From Paracoccaceae bacterium (GTDB lineage Bacteria; Pseudomonadota; Alphaproteobacteria; Rhodobacterales; Rhodobacteraceae): a stretch of 43,341 nt of DNA. Every line of letters starts with the position of its first letter. Within the stretch, counting starts at the first letter, position 1. Position numbers and translations under genes: made by a program. This document shows, one piece after another, positions 35,060-43,341 of the stretch. The notes under the pieces were generated by a model. It saw nothing but the letters and a program-made list of their open reading frames with translations, searched no databases and was not told the DNA's origin. The stretch spans positions 1 to 43,341 of the forward strand of contig JAYTCN010000464.1 in the NCBI GenBank assembly GCA_043736475.1, read 5' to 3'.

Positions 35060-36394
35060 ATGGTCAAGGATGACCCTTTTGGATTATCCGAGGATCTGGG
35101 CCGGACCCGTATCCGGCCCGCAGCGGCACCGCGCCCGCAGGCACAGCCAAGTTACGCTGTCAGCCAAGCCCCGGTAACGCGCAGCCGAAGCCACCCGAAC
35201 GGCCTGATCAATGCTTTTTCGCCGCTGCTGGAACTGGCGCCGGAACTGGAAAACGCCCGGCCGCCTGAAGATCCGGAATCGTTGCGCTCCCGTATGTTGA
35301 CCGAACTTGGCAACGCGCGTGACACGGCAGTGGTCGCCGGTTCGCCGCTGGCGCGGGCCGACAGCGCCGCCTGGTGCGTCGGGGCATTGCTGGACGATCT
35401 GGCACTTAACACGCCGTGGGGCGGCAATTCTTCGTGGCCGCGGCAACCGTTGGTGGTGTCGCTCTACGGCGATGTTGACGCGGGCACCCGGTTCTTTGAC
35501 CGGCTCGAGGAACTTGAACGCTACCCGAACCGCGATCCCGAGATGCTGGAACTGACCTACATGTGTCTGGCGCTGGGGTTTCGCGGCAAATACCGGGTTC
35601 CGGGACGGGCCGGCGATGGCTCGCTGGTGGCGGTCCGTGCCGCCGCCGCCCGTTTCCTGCGCAATCCCGAAGCCGAGAATGCGCCGCTTTCGCCAAACTG
35701 GAAAGGTGTGGTCGCGGCTGATGAGCCCGCGGGATTCACGGTACCGGTCTGGGTGATCGGCCTGGCCGCGGCCGCTGTGATGACCCTGACATATGCCTTG
35801 CTGTCCCTGAATCTGACACGCCAATCCGAGACCCTTTTCACCCTTGCCCGCGCGCTGCCACCACCCGAGCGCGCCGACATATTCCGCAGCATTCGCATGG
35901 TCGCCCCGGCCGAGCCGGTGGTGATCGAGCCGGTGATCTTTGAGTTGCTGCCCGAATTCGCGGCGGCAGCGCCGCCGGAATTGCTGCCCGCCTTGCAGGG
36001 GCGCGAAGACGTTTCCTTGGCGATCCTGAATATCCAGACCACCAATCCGGAACTTTTCCGATCCGGCAGTGCTGATTTGACCAAAGGTTTTGAGCCGCTG
36101 ATTGCCTCGATCGCGCAGACGATCCTGGCCAATATCGAACTGATTGGCGATGTCACCGTGATCGGGCACACGGACTCTGTTCCGGTGCAGGCGTCCGATC
36201 CTTTCGGCTCGAATCAGCGTCTTTCCGAGGCGCGGGCGGCCCGGATTGCCGAATTGCTGGTGCAAAACGGTCTGGCTGCCGAAACCGTTCGATCGGAGGG
36301 CCGGGCTGCCGAGGAAGCGGTGGCTGACAACGGCACCAGGGAAGGCCGGGCACAGAACCGGCGCGTTGAAATCAAGATCCAGAAAAGATTGTGA
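35060..36394 (+). CDS. tssL: T6SS membrane-complex protein TssL (DotU family) with C-terminal OmpA-like peptidoglycan-binding extension
   Basis: The DotU region is DDPFGLSEDLGRTRIRP...WCVGALLDDLALNTPWG...LTYMCLALGFRGKY. The TM helix is VWVIGLAAAAVMTLTYALLSL. The C-terminus VIGHTDSVPV...SNQRLSEARAARIAELL...NRRVEIKI is OmpA_C-like. Confidence 0.9.
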   Translation: MVKDDPFGLSEDLGRTRIRPAAAPRPQAQPSYAVSQAPVTRSRSHPNGLINAFSPLLELAPELENARPPEDPESLRSRMLTELGNARDTAVVAGSPLARADSAAWCVGALLDDLALNTPWGGNSSWPRQPLVVSLYGDVDAGTRFFDRLEELERYPNRDPEMLELTYMCLALGFRGKYRVPGRAGDGSLVAVRAAAARFLRNPEAENAPLSPNWKGVVAADEPAGFTVPVWVIGLAAAAVMTLTYALLSLNLTRQSETLFTLARALPPPERADIFRSIRMVAPAEPVVIEPVIFELLPEFAAAAPPELLPALQGREDVSLAILNIQTTNPELFRSGSADLTKGFEPLIASIAQTILANIELIGDVTVIGHTDSVPVQASDPFGSNQRLSEARAARIAELLVQNGLAAETVRSEGRAAEEAVADNGTREGRAQNRRVEIKIQKRL

Positions 36395-39300
36395 TGTTCA
36401 TCCTGCGCTTCATCTGGGCAATCCTGACCTCGCGCCGATTGTGGATCTTCATCGGCATCGTGTTGATTTGCGCGCTGATCTGGCTGTTTGGACCGGCAAT
36501 CAGATTTGGCGAAGCCGCACCGCTGGCCGACGAACTGGTGCGGTTGGTCGTGATCCTGCTGGTTGTGCTGATCTGGCTGGTCCGGATGTTTCTGGCCCAG
36601 CGCCGGGCCATCAAGGCCAATCAGGTCTTTGTCTCGGAACTGGCGCGGCCTGATCCGGTGAAATCGGCTGGACCCGGTGCGGAAAACATCGCCGCCATCA
36701 GCAGCAAATTCGCCAATATCCTCGGTGAATTGAAACGACGCAAGCTGGGCGGCAGGAAGTTCCTGCGCGACATGCCCTGGTATGTATTCATCGGTCCGCC
36801 CGGCACCGGCAAGACCACCGCCCTGCGCCAATCGGGCCTGAGTTTCCCGATTGATCTTTCTGACGATCTCAAAGGCGTCGGCGGCACCCGGAATTGCGAC
36901 TGGTTTTTCAGCGAGGAAGCGGTGCTTGTCGATACGGCAGGCCGCTATGTCCAGCAGGAAAGCCAGCCCGACGTCGATGCCGCCGAATGGCTGGGATTCC
37001 TCGATTTGCTGAAGAAACACCGCGGCAAGCGGGCACTGAACGGGGTTATCCTGACGCTGAGTTGCGAGATATTGTCCGCGGGCGATGCCGTCATCCGCGT
37101 CCACGGCCGCGAGATCCGCAAGCGTTTGGCAGAACTGTACCAGCGACTGGAACTGCGGCTGCCGGTCTATCTGATGCTGACCAAGGCCGACCTTTTGAAG
37201 GGTTTTGAGCCGTTCTTCCGCGGATTGACCACGCCGGAACGCGAACAGGTCTGGGGGAGCACGTTTCCGACTGACGGCCAGATTGACTCGATTGTTGTCG
37301 GTCGCGAATTGTCGGCTTTGACCGCGCGGCTGGAAAGGCGGCTGGTGGTCCGGATGGAGGCCGAAGAAAACCTGGCCAACCGTGCCGAGATATTCCGCTT
37401 TCCGGCCCAGATCGAAAGTCTTTCCGCCCCGCTGAAACTGTTGATCGAAAATGTGTTTGGTGAAAGCCGTTACGAGGAAAGCGCCTGGTTGCGCGGGTTC
37501 TATTTCACTTCGGCGACCCAGGAAGGCACGCCGATTGATCGCCTGATCGGTTCGATGGCGGCGACTTTCGGCATCCAGGCACCAATTTCGCCGCCCTCGG
37601 GGCGCAGTGAAAGACGCAGCTTCTTCCTGAAAAACCTGTTGGCGGAGGTCATTTTCAAGGAAGCCGGGCTGGGCATATTCGACGCCAAAGCCGAAGATCG
37701 CCGGAAATGGGCCTGGCGCGGCGTTGCTGGCGCGGCAGCAGCGGTGACGCTGATTGCCGGTCTGACTTTCACCCTGTCCTATCTGACCTACAGGAACGCA
37801 ATTGCCGGGCAAGCGGCTGAACTGGAGAACCTGCAATCCGGCCTGGCCGACATCGCCGCGCGGCAGGCGCCGCTCGATCCGCTCGACCTGGAGGCGGCGC
37901 TGGCGGCGGTTGGCCGGGTGGTGACTGCGGAAAAAGACATGCCGGGCGGTATCGCGGCTTTGATTGGTCCTTCGGCGGCGTCGGAAATCGATGCGGCGCA
38001 AAAATTCGCTTATGACACCGTGCTGCGCAATGTGCTGGAACCCCGGATGATCGCCTTGCTGGAGGCCACGATGTGGCAGCATATCCGCGATCCGGAATTC
38101 ATTCTTGGCGCTCTCAAGACCTATCAGATGGCGACCGGGCTGGCGATTTTTGACGCCGAATTTGCCAAGGACTGGTGGCAAACAGCCCTGCCGGGCTTCG
38201 CGCCGATTGCGCCTTTCCCGACCGATGCGGCGCTGGCAAATCAATTGGCGGCTTTTGACCGGATGGCCAATGAAGAGAACCGCATTGCCCCGGATCAGGC
38301 CCTGCTCGCGGAAGCGGTGCAGACGATTTGTTCGATACCGCTTTCGGTTCGGGCCTATCGTTTGTTGATGTCTGACCCGCTGGTCACCGCCATGCCCGAC
38401 TGGGTTCCCGCCGCGGTTGTCGGGCCGAACGGTGCCAAAGTGCTGTCGCGCCGGTCAGAGAAAACTCTGCGAAACGGTATCGACGGGGCATTTACCTATC
38501 GCGGGTTCCAGGACGCCATACTGCCGCTGATCCCCGAGCTTGCCGCGCAGGCCGAACTGGATCGCACGCTGTTTGCCGGCGGCTGCTCGGAAAGCGCCGA
38601 CGCTAACAGCGGCACCTTGGAAAATGACATGCTGAAACTGTATTATGATGACTTCATTGCCCAGTGGGACAGTTTCCTGCGCGATGTGACCCTGGCGCCG
38701 ATGCCCGATCTGGTCACAGCGACGGCCAATCTGAAGGACCTGGCCACGGCGGATTCATCGTTGAAAAGGCTGCTGGACGCCGTGGTCGCCGAGACCGAGC
38801 TGACCCGCATCGAAGTTGAAGCCGCGGCCAGCGGTCCGCCGCCTGGCCTGATCAACAAGGTTTTGGGCAAGCTTGGCAAGCTCGGGAAACTTGTCAAGAA
38901 AAGCCGGAAACTGGTGGCGTCGAGCGGGGGAACGTCAGCGCCCGGCGTGCTTCCGGGCCAGCAAGTAGCCGACCATTTCAAGGCGTTGAAAGGTGTCGTT
39001 GCCGAGGTCGATGGCCAGCCGCCCGCTCTGGATGCAGTGGTGTTGGCGCTGACCGCGCTGTTCAACGAATTGCAGACGGTTTCCGCCAGCCCCGATCCCG
39101 AAGGTGCATTGCTGGCGCGAGGCGGGCTGGCCGAGCTGACCGGATCGGTGGCAAACCAGACATCATTGTTGCCGGACCCGGTTGACGACTGGTTGACCGG
39201 GATTGCCGGTGACACCATCGGATTTACCGAAGAAGCCGTTATTGGCGAGTTGAATTCGATTTGGCGCGCCGATGTTCTGCCGTCGTGCCGGGCCTATCTT

Positions 39301-39933
39301 TCCGGGCGGTATCCGTTTTCACCGGGCAGCTCCATTGATGTCAACGTGGCCGATTTCGCCAAGATTTTTGGCCCCGGTGGTCTGATCGATGTCTTCACCA
39401 ACGACAAGCTTGCGCCCTACATTGATACCACCCAAAAGCCCTGGGCCTGGCGGGCTGATTTCGGTCTGGATGCCGCCGCGCTCGGTGCCTTTGAACGGGC
39501 GCGCTCGATCCGCGACGTGCTGTTCCCGGGCGGCGCCGGGCCGATCATGGGTTTCACCCTGGAAGCGAAGGCGCTGTCAGCTTCCGCTGCGCGGGTGACC
39601 CTCAACCTTGACGGGCAGGAGCTGGTCTTTGCCAATGCGGGGGCCAAACCGGTGCCGATGACCTGGCCCGGCAAGGACGGGACCAATGTCATCACGATTT
39701 CGTTCGTTCCGGCCGACGGAACCGGTGAACTTGCGGCCTCGGAAACCGGCAGCTGGGCCTGGTTGCGGATGATCAGCAACGGCAGGCTGGCCCCGACCAG
39801 TCAGCCCGATCTTTACGGATTGCGCATCGGCGGCGCGGGGTTTGCCGCCGATTTCGAGCTGCGCGCCAATTCGGTCGACAATCCTTTTGACCTGAAGATG
39901 TTCGGCAATTTCACATGCCCGGAAAACCTCTAG
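36394..39933 (+). CDS. tssM: T6SS membrane-complex protein TssM (IcmF family)
   Basis: About 1180 aa. It has N-terminal TM helices, Walker A GPPGTGKTTAL, ImcF-related and IcmF C-terminal regions. The ATG at 36394 overlaps the tssL TGA; a GTG at 36391 is the ORF-track start. Confidence 0.95.
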   Translation: MFILRFIWAILTSRRLWIFIGIVLICALIWLFGPAIRFGEAAPLADELVRLVVILLVVLIWLVRMFLAQRRAIKANQVFVSELARPDPVKSAGPGAENIAAISSKFANILGELKRRKLGGRKFLRDMPWYVFIGPPGTGKTTALRQSGLSFPIDLSDDLKGVGGTRNCDWFFSEEAVLVDTAGRYVQQESQPDVDAAEWLGFLDLLKKHRGKRALNGVILTLSCEILSAGDAVIRVHGREIRKRLAELYQRLELRLPVYLMLTKADLLKGFEPFFRGLTTPEREQVWGSTFPTDGQIDSIVVGRELSALTARLERRLVVRMEAEENLANRAEIFRFPAQIESLSAPLKLLIENVFGESRYEESAWLRGFYFTSATQEGTPIDRLIGSMAATFGIQAPISPPSGRSERRSFFLKNLLAEVIFKEAGLGIFDAKAEDRRKWAWRGVAGAAAAVTLIAGLTFTLSYLTYRNAIAGQAAELENLQSGLADIAARQAPLDPLDLEAALAAVGRVVTAEKDMPGGIAALIGPSAASEIDAAQKFAYDTVLRNVLEPRMIALLEATMWQHIRDPEFILGALKTYQMATGLAIFDAEFAKDWWQTALPGFAPIAPFPTDAALANQLAAFDRMANEENRIAPDQALLAEAVQTICSIPLSVRAYRLLMSDPLVTAMPDWVPAAVVGPNGAKVLSRRSEKTLRNGIDGAFTYRGFQDAILPLIPELAAQAELDRTLFAGGCSESADANSGTLENDMLKLYYDDFIAQWDSFLRDVTLAPMPDLVTATANLKDLATADSSLKRLLDAVVAETELTRIEVEAAASGPPPGLINKVLGKLGKLGKLVKKSRKLVASSGGTSAPGVLPGQQVADHFKALKGVVAEVDGQPPALDAVVLALTALFNELQTVSASPDPEGALLARGGLAELTGSVANQTSLLPDPVDDWLTGIAGDTIGFTEEAVIGELNSIWRADVLPSCRAYLSGRYPFSPGSSIDVNVADFAKIFGPGGLIDVFTNDKLAPYIDTTQKPWAWRADFGLDAAALGAFERARSIRDVLFPGGAGPIMGFTLEAKALSASAARVTLNLDGQELVFANAGAKPVPMTWPGKDGTNVITISFVPADGTGELAASETGSWAWLRMISNGRLAPTSQPDLYGLRIGGAGFAADFELRANSVDNPFDLKMFGNFTCPENL

Positions 39934-40451
39934 CGCCCGGATATTTTGGCAAGATGCCGCGCAGCGGTGATTTTTTGTTGCGCCGCTTGCCCGGTGATTT
40001 CGCGAAAGTCTGGGACAGGTTCTGCGTGCGGCATCTGGTTCCGCTGATGCAAAAAGACGCTGTCTGGCCGGAAGCGGGCCTGCGGTTTATTCTTGGTGTC
40101 GGCCTGACGGGCGATCGGGCCTTTGCCGGCTTGACCGTTCCGAGCCATGACGCCAGCGGACGATTGTTCCCCCTGACGATTGCCGCCGCCGTCGATTTCA
40201 CCGCCGATCCGGTCCCGATTGCGCAGTATTTTGCCGGCATTACCGGTGCAGCGCTCGACGCTGCCGAGGGGCTGATTGACGCTGGCGAACTGGACCTGGC
40301 GCTGGAAGGCTGCGCCGCGCCGCAACTGCGGCCCGGTCCGCTGGTACCCCTGCTGCTGGCTTTTCCCGGCCATACGCCGATCGAAACTTCGCTGGCCGAC
40401 CCGGCCGCGGCGCTTGCGGCACTGGTTGCCGAGAAAGTGCCGGGTATGTGA
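39915..40451 (+). CDS. tagF: T6SS-associated protein TagF (DUF2094 family)
   Basis: PGYFGKMPRSGDFLLRRLP is the TagF signature (GxxGKxPxxGDF). The protein is 178 aa. It overlaps the tssM end by 19 nt. Confidence 0.85.
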   Translation: MPGKPLAPGYFGKMPRSGDFLLRRLPGDFAKVWDRFCVRHLVPLMQKDAVWPEAGLRFILGVGLTGDRAFAGLTVPSHDASGRLFPLTIAAAVDFTADPVPIAQYFAGITGAALDAAEGLIDAGELDLALEGCAAPQLRPGPLVPLLLAFPGHTPIETSLADPAAALAALVAEKVPGM

Positions 40452-41548
40452 TGCAGATCTACAATCAGACCGGTTTTCCGCATCAGTTCACAATGGGCAT
40501 GGACAAGGAGGGCCGCGAGTTTATCGTGCTGGTGGTCAAGGCGACCTATGATTTTCCCGCCAGCCCTGGCGGCCCGGTTTTGAAATCAGCCGAACAAGTG
40601 CCTTTGGTGCTGGCGGATGTCCCGACCGGCGAGCCCGGCTATTCGGCGACACTGTGGGAGACCGATTTCGCGTTTCGCAAGCCGCGCTGTGATGTTGTGG
40701 CGCAGGGCTGTGCTTATGCCCCGAACGGCCGCCCGGCGGATTCGGTGCGGGTGGGCATCAAGGTCGGAAGCTGGTCGAAAATGTTCGATGTTTATGGCCA
40801 CCGCGAATGGCGCAGCATCGGCCCGGCGTTTGTTTCGACCGCGCCGGTACCGTTCATTCGTCAGCCCTTTGGCTATGACAGTGCTTTTGGCGGCGTTGAC
40901 CGGCTGGACCCGGAGGACAAGCTGCCCGATTCCTACCGGCTCAATCCGGTCGGGCGCGGCTGGTCGCGGACGCGCAACCAGCGCTTCATTCCGGGGCTGG
41001 CGCTGCCGAATACCCAGGCCGTGGACGAGAATGTGACCTCGCCCTTTGGTTCGTACGCGCCGAAAAGTTTCGGCCCGGTGGCGCGCGGCACTCCGGGGCG
41101 GATCGAGTTTGGCGGCACCTATGACGAGAAATGGACCGAGGAGGTGTTTCCGTTCCTGCCGGCCGATTTCGACGAGCGTTATTTCCAGATGACCCTGCCC
41201 GACCAGCAAATCGACCCGCCGCGATCGGGCACCGAAGTGATCCTTGGCAACCTGACCCCGGACAACAAGGTCAACTTCCGCCTGCCGTCGACCGAATTGC
41301 CGGTGACCTTGTTCAAGGGCAATGACAAAGCTTACGAGGGCAACCTCTTGCCCGATACCCTGCTGTTTGACCCGGAAAACCGGCGGTTCTCGATGGTCTG
41401 GCGGGTGTCGGCGCGCTATCAGCGCTCGATCCTCGAATTCACCGAAGCCTGGGTCGGGCCGCCGACCGAGGCGATGCTGCGGGCGCGGCGCGAGGGCCGG
41501 GGCTATATCCGCGCCGCCGGGGCCGAGCTTGAGGAGGAGGACGCGTGA
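40451..41548 (+). CDS. DUF2169-family protein (T6SS effector-loading adaptor family)
   Basis: MQIYNQTGFPHQFTMGMDKEGREFIVLVVKATYDFP is a typical DUF2169 N-terminus. The protein is about 365 aa. The ATG at 40451 overlaps the tagF TGA. Confidence 0.8.
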   Translation: MQIYNQTGFPHQFTMGMDKEGREFIVLVVKATYDFPASPGGPVLKSAEQVPLVLADVPTGEPGYSATLWETDFAFRKPRCDVVAQGCAYAPNGRPADSVRVGIKVGSWSKMFDVYGHREWRSIGPAFVSTAPVPFIRQPFGYDSAFGGVDRLDPEDKLPDSYRLNPVGRGWSRTRNQRFIPGLALPNTQAVDENVTSPFGSYAPKSFGPVARGTPGRIEFGGTYDEKWTEEVFPFLPADFDERYFQMTLPDQQIDPPRSGTEVILGNLTPDNKVNFRLPSTELPVTLFKGNDKAYEGNLLPDTLLFDPENRRFSMVWRVSARYQRSILEFTEAWVGPPTEAMLRARREGRGYIRAAGAELEEEDA

Positions 41549-42588
41549 CAGCGGCGCTCGACATCCTGTCCATCGGCATGGTCACCGCAGTCGGCCTCGA
41601 CGCGCCGTCGTCCTGCGCCGCCATGCGGGCGCGGCTCGACGGGTTCCAGGAGACCCGCTTCATCGGTGCCGGCGGCGACTGGCTGATCGGCGCCCCGGTG
41701 CCGCTGCCAAGGAACTGGCTCGGCGAGAAGCGGCTGGCGCATTTGGCGGCAGGGGCGATTGTCGAGGCGCTGGCGACGGTTCCCAAGGCGCGTGTCGGTG
41801 AAACGGCGCTGATCCTGTGTTTGGCAGAGGAGACGCGGGCCGGGCGACTTGCCCCGGATGGCCAGAGCCTGCTCAAACGCATCGGCGAGATTGTCGAAGT
41901 CTCAACCCACCACCGCTCGCGCATCATCGCGCATGGTCGCCCCTCTGGCATCGTCGCCTTGCAACAGGCGCGCAAGATGCTGGCCGAAGGCGAGGTTGAA
42001 TATGTGATGATCGCCGGGGTGGATTCGTATCTGTCCACCGGTTCGATCGCGCAATATCTCGGCGACCGCCGCCTGCTGACCGCCGACAACCCCAACGGCT
42101 TCATCCCCGGCGAGGCGGCAGCGGCGCTGCTGTGCGGCAAACCCGGCTCGGGCGGACTGGCGCTGCACGGGGTCGGGCTGGCGCGGGAGGCAGCGTTCAT
42201 CTACAACGGGCTTGACGAGGATGGCGCCCATCTGCCGTTGCGCGGCGACGGGATGACGGGGGCGTACCGGGCCGCCTTCCGCGAGACCGGGATCGAGATG
42301 AACCGGCTCGGCTATCGCATCGCCGACCTGATCGGCGAGCAATACTGGTTCAAACAATCGGCGCTGGCCGCGCTGCGGCTGGTCCGCGGCCGGCACGAGT
42401 TCCAGGACATCTGGAGCCCCGGCGAGAGCCTTGGCAACATCGGCGCCGCCGTGGTGCCGGCGATGGTCGGCATGGCGTTCACGGCAGCGCAAAAGGGCTA
42501 TGCGGCGGGCAACCCGGTGCTGGTCGAGGCCAGCGGCGATGACGGCGCCTGCGGCGCGGCGGTGCTGGCGGCAGGGGTGGCGGCGTGA
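41545..42588 (+). CDS. Beta-ketoacyl-synthase-like (thiolase-fold) protein, apparently lacking the catalytic Cys/His/His
   Basis: SIGMVTAVGLDAPSSCAAMRARLDGFQE matches the KAS N-terminus (ITGxGxVSxxG..xxxxxxLxxGxSG). HGRPSGIVALQQARKMLAEGEVEYVMIAGVDS aligns with TACASGxxAIxxAxxxIxxGxxDxxxAGGxE. NPNGFIPGEAAAALL aligns with DRDGFVxGEGAGxLVL. The GTGA start/stop overlap follows an SD GAGGAGGAGG. Confidence 0.65.
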   Translation: MTAALDILSIGMVTAVGLDAPSSCAAMRARLDGFQETRFIGAGGDWLIGAPVPLPRNWLGEKRLAHLAAGAIVEALATVPKARVGETALILCLAEETRAGRLAPDGQSLLKRIGEIVEVSTHHRSRIIAHGRPSGIVALQQARKMLAEGEVEYVMIAGVDSYLSTGSIAQYLGDRRLLTADNPNGFIPGEAAAALLCGKPGSGGLALHGVGLAREAAFIYNGLDEDGAHLPLRGDGMTGAYRAAFRETGIEMNRLGYRIADLIGEQYWFKQSALAALRLVRGRHEFQDIWSPGESLGNIGAAVVPAMVGMAFTAAQKGYAAGNPVLVEASGDDGACGAAVLAAGVAA

Positions 42589-43341
42589 GCAACGTATTCG
42601 CCAACGGGCTGGAGGTATCGGGCAAGGCGGTCAGCGCCCAGACGATAGCGGCGTTTCCGGACGTGTGTTTCACGCCGCCGGAAACACCGGCCACGCCGGT
42701 CGGAGTTCCCATCCCCTATCCCAGTTTTGGGATGGCCTCGGACACCGAAAGCGGCACCGGCACGGTCAAGATCGGCGGCAAGACGGTCAACATCAAGAAC
42801 AAGTCGGACCTCAGCAAGACCAGCGGGACCGAAGCTGGGTGTGCGGCGAAGAAGGGGATCATTACCTCGAAAAACACCGGCAAGGAATATTTCAATTCCT
42901 GGTCTAATGATGTGAAATTCGACGGCGAGCCGGTGATCCGGATGAGCGATCTGGCGACGAATAATCACGCGTCGCCTCCGGGCAATGCTCCGCCTTGGCC
43001 GCATATGGCAGGGTTGAATGTGGCGGGCATAAGCTGCACGGCTATTCTTGCCGAGCATGGCATGAAAGTGCACACTTACCGGCAAGCTTCAGAAGAATGC
43101 GAACCCAAGAATAACCCAGACAAATCGCCAAATCCAAAGTATCAGCAGTCTGATCACATTCTACAGAATGCATGTTTCGTAAATTCGCGCGAAGCGCCAA
43201 ATGGAATCTCAACAGCGAATGATTATTACTTCAAGGACGCGCCATGCGTCTGCATCGCTGACGCGACCGACAAGAGCACCGAGCACGGACGCAAGACCAT
43301 GGCGCAGAATGAATGGACTGCGGATCAGAAAGCGAAACCGG
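42585..43341 (+). CDS. DUF4150 (PAAR-like) domain T6SS effector, N-terminal 252 codons; C-terminal toxin region continues beyond the window
   Basis: Hand translation from the GTG at 42585 (a GTGA overlap with the upstream stop) gives VSNVFANGLEVSGKAVSAQTIAAFPDVCFTPPETPATPVGVPIPYPSFGMASDTESGTGTVKIGGKTVNIKNKSDLSKTSGTEAG...VKFDGEPVIRMSDLATNNH. That is the DUF4150 pattern. A lower-GC segment follows: ...KYQQSDHILQNACFVNS... There is no stop before 43341, so the gene is absent from the ORF track. Confidence 0.75.
   Translation, partial: MSNVFANGLEVSGKAVSAQTIAAFPDVCFTPPETPATPVGVPIPYPSFGMASDTESGTGTVKIGGKTVNIKNKSDLSKTSGTEAGCAAKKGIITSKNTGKEYFNSWSNDVKFDGEPVIRMSDLATNNHASPPGNAPPWPHMAGLNVAGISCTAILAEHGMKVHTYRQASEECEPKNNPDKSPNPKYQQSDHILQNACFVNSREAPNGISTANDYYFKDAPCVCIADATDKSTEHGRKTMAQNEWTADQKAKP

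Noticed and set aside
36214-38244. A 676-aa minus-strand ORF. Similar long antisense ORFs occur at 3135-5171 (+), 26773-28224 (-), 29686-30891 (-), 30961-32397 (-), 33640-34584 (-), 35084-36265 (-) and 12573-13769 (-).
   Set aside because: All lie antisense to genes with unambiguous family signatures (tssM, a Gfo/Idh/MocA oxidoreductase and the sugar-binding protein, tssC, tssF, tssG, tssK, tssL, M15 peptidase). They have Arg/Pro/Gly-dominated low-complexity translations.

Overview
This is a 43.3-kb high-GC proteobacterial window. Hand-counted stretches are about 64-67% GC, and the gene content looks alphaproteobacterial, which is inference only. It has three blocks.

(1) 1-7797: a minus-strand sugar/polyol-type catabolic operon with a divergent LacI-family regulator. 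The operon has three Gfo/Idh/MocA oxidoreductases, a PanB-family enzyme, a xylose-isomerase-like TIM-barrel protein, a lone periplasmic sugar-binding protein and a membrane fatty-acid-hydroxylase/sterol-desaturase-family protein.

(2) 8267-19999: an accessory cell-envelope cluster, which is the most unusual part of the window. It encodes:
- two signal-peptide-bearing caspase-family (C14) proteins, one fused to Sel1 repeats and a peptidoglycan-binding domain;
- an OmpA-family protein;
- three Gly-rich lipoproteins;
- a predicted beta-barrel outer-membrane protein;
- a tightly coupled operon of PP2C phosphatase (PppA-like), membrane-anchored M15 peptidase (TagX-like) and an ATPase-less DotU/TssL-IcmF/TssM hybrid paralog.

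(3) 20267-43341: a type VI secretion system core. clpV/tssH is on the minus strand. On the plus strand, ppkA is followed by one long translationally coupled operon: tssA-tssB-tssC-hcp-tssE-tssF-tssG-fha(tagH)-tssK-tssL(OmpA-extended)-tssM-tagF-DUF2169-(ketosynthase-like pseudoenzyme)-DUF4150/PAAR-like effector. The effector runs off the window end and its 3' part drops to about 45% GC.

No TssJ and no VgrG gene is visible anywhere in the window. I found no rRNA, tRNA, CRISPR array, transposase or integrase. Many long ORFs in the track are antisense artefacts of the high GC content.
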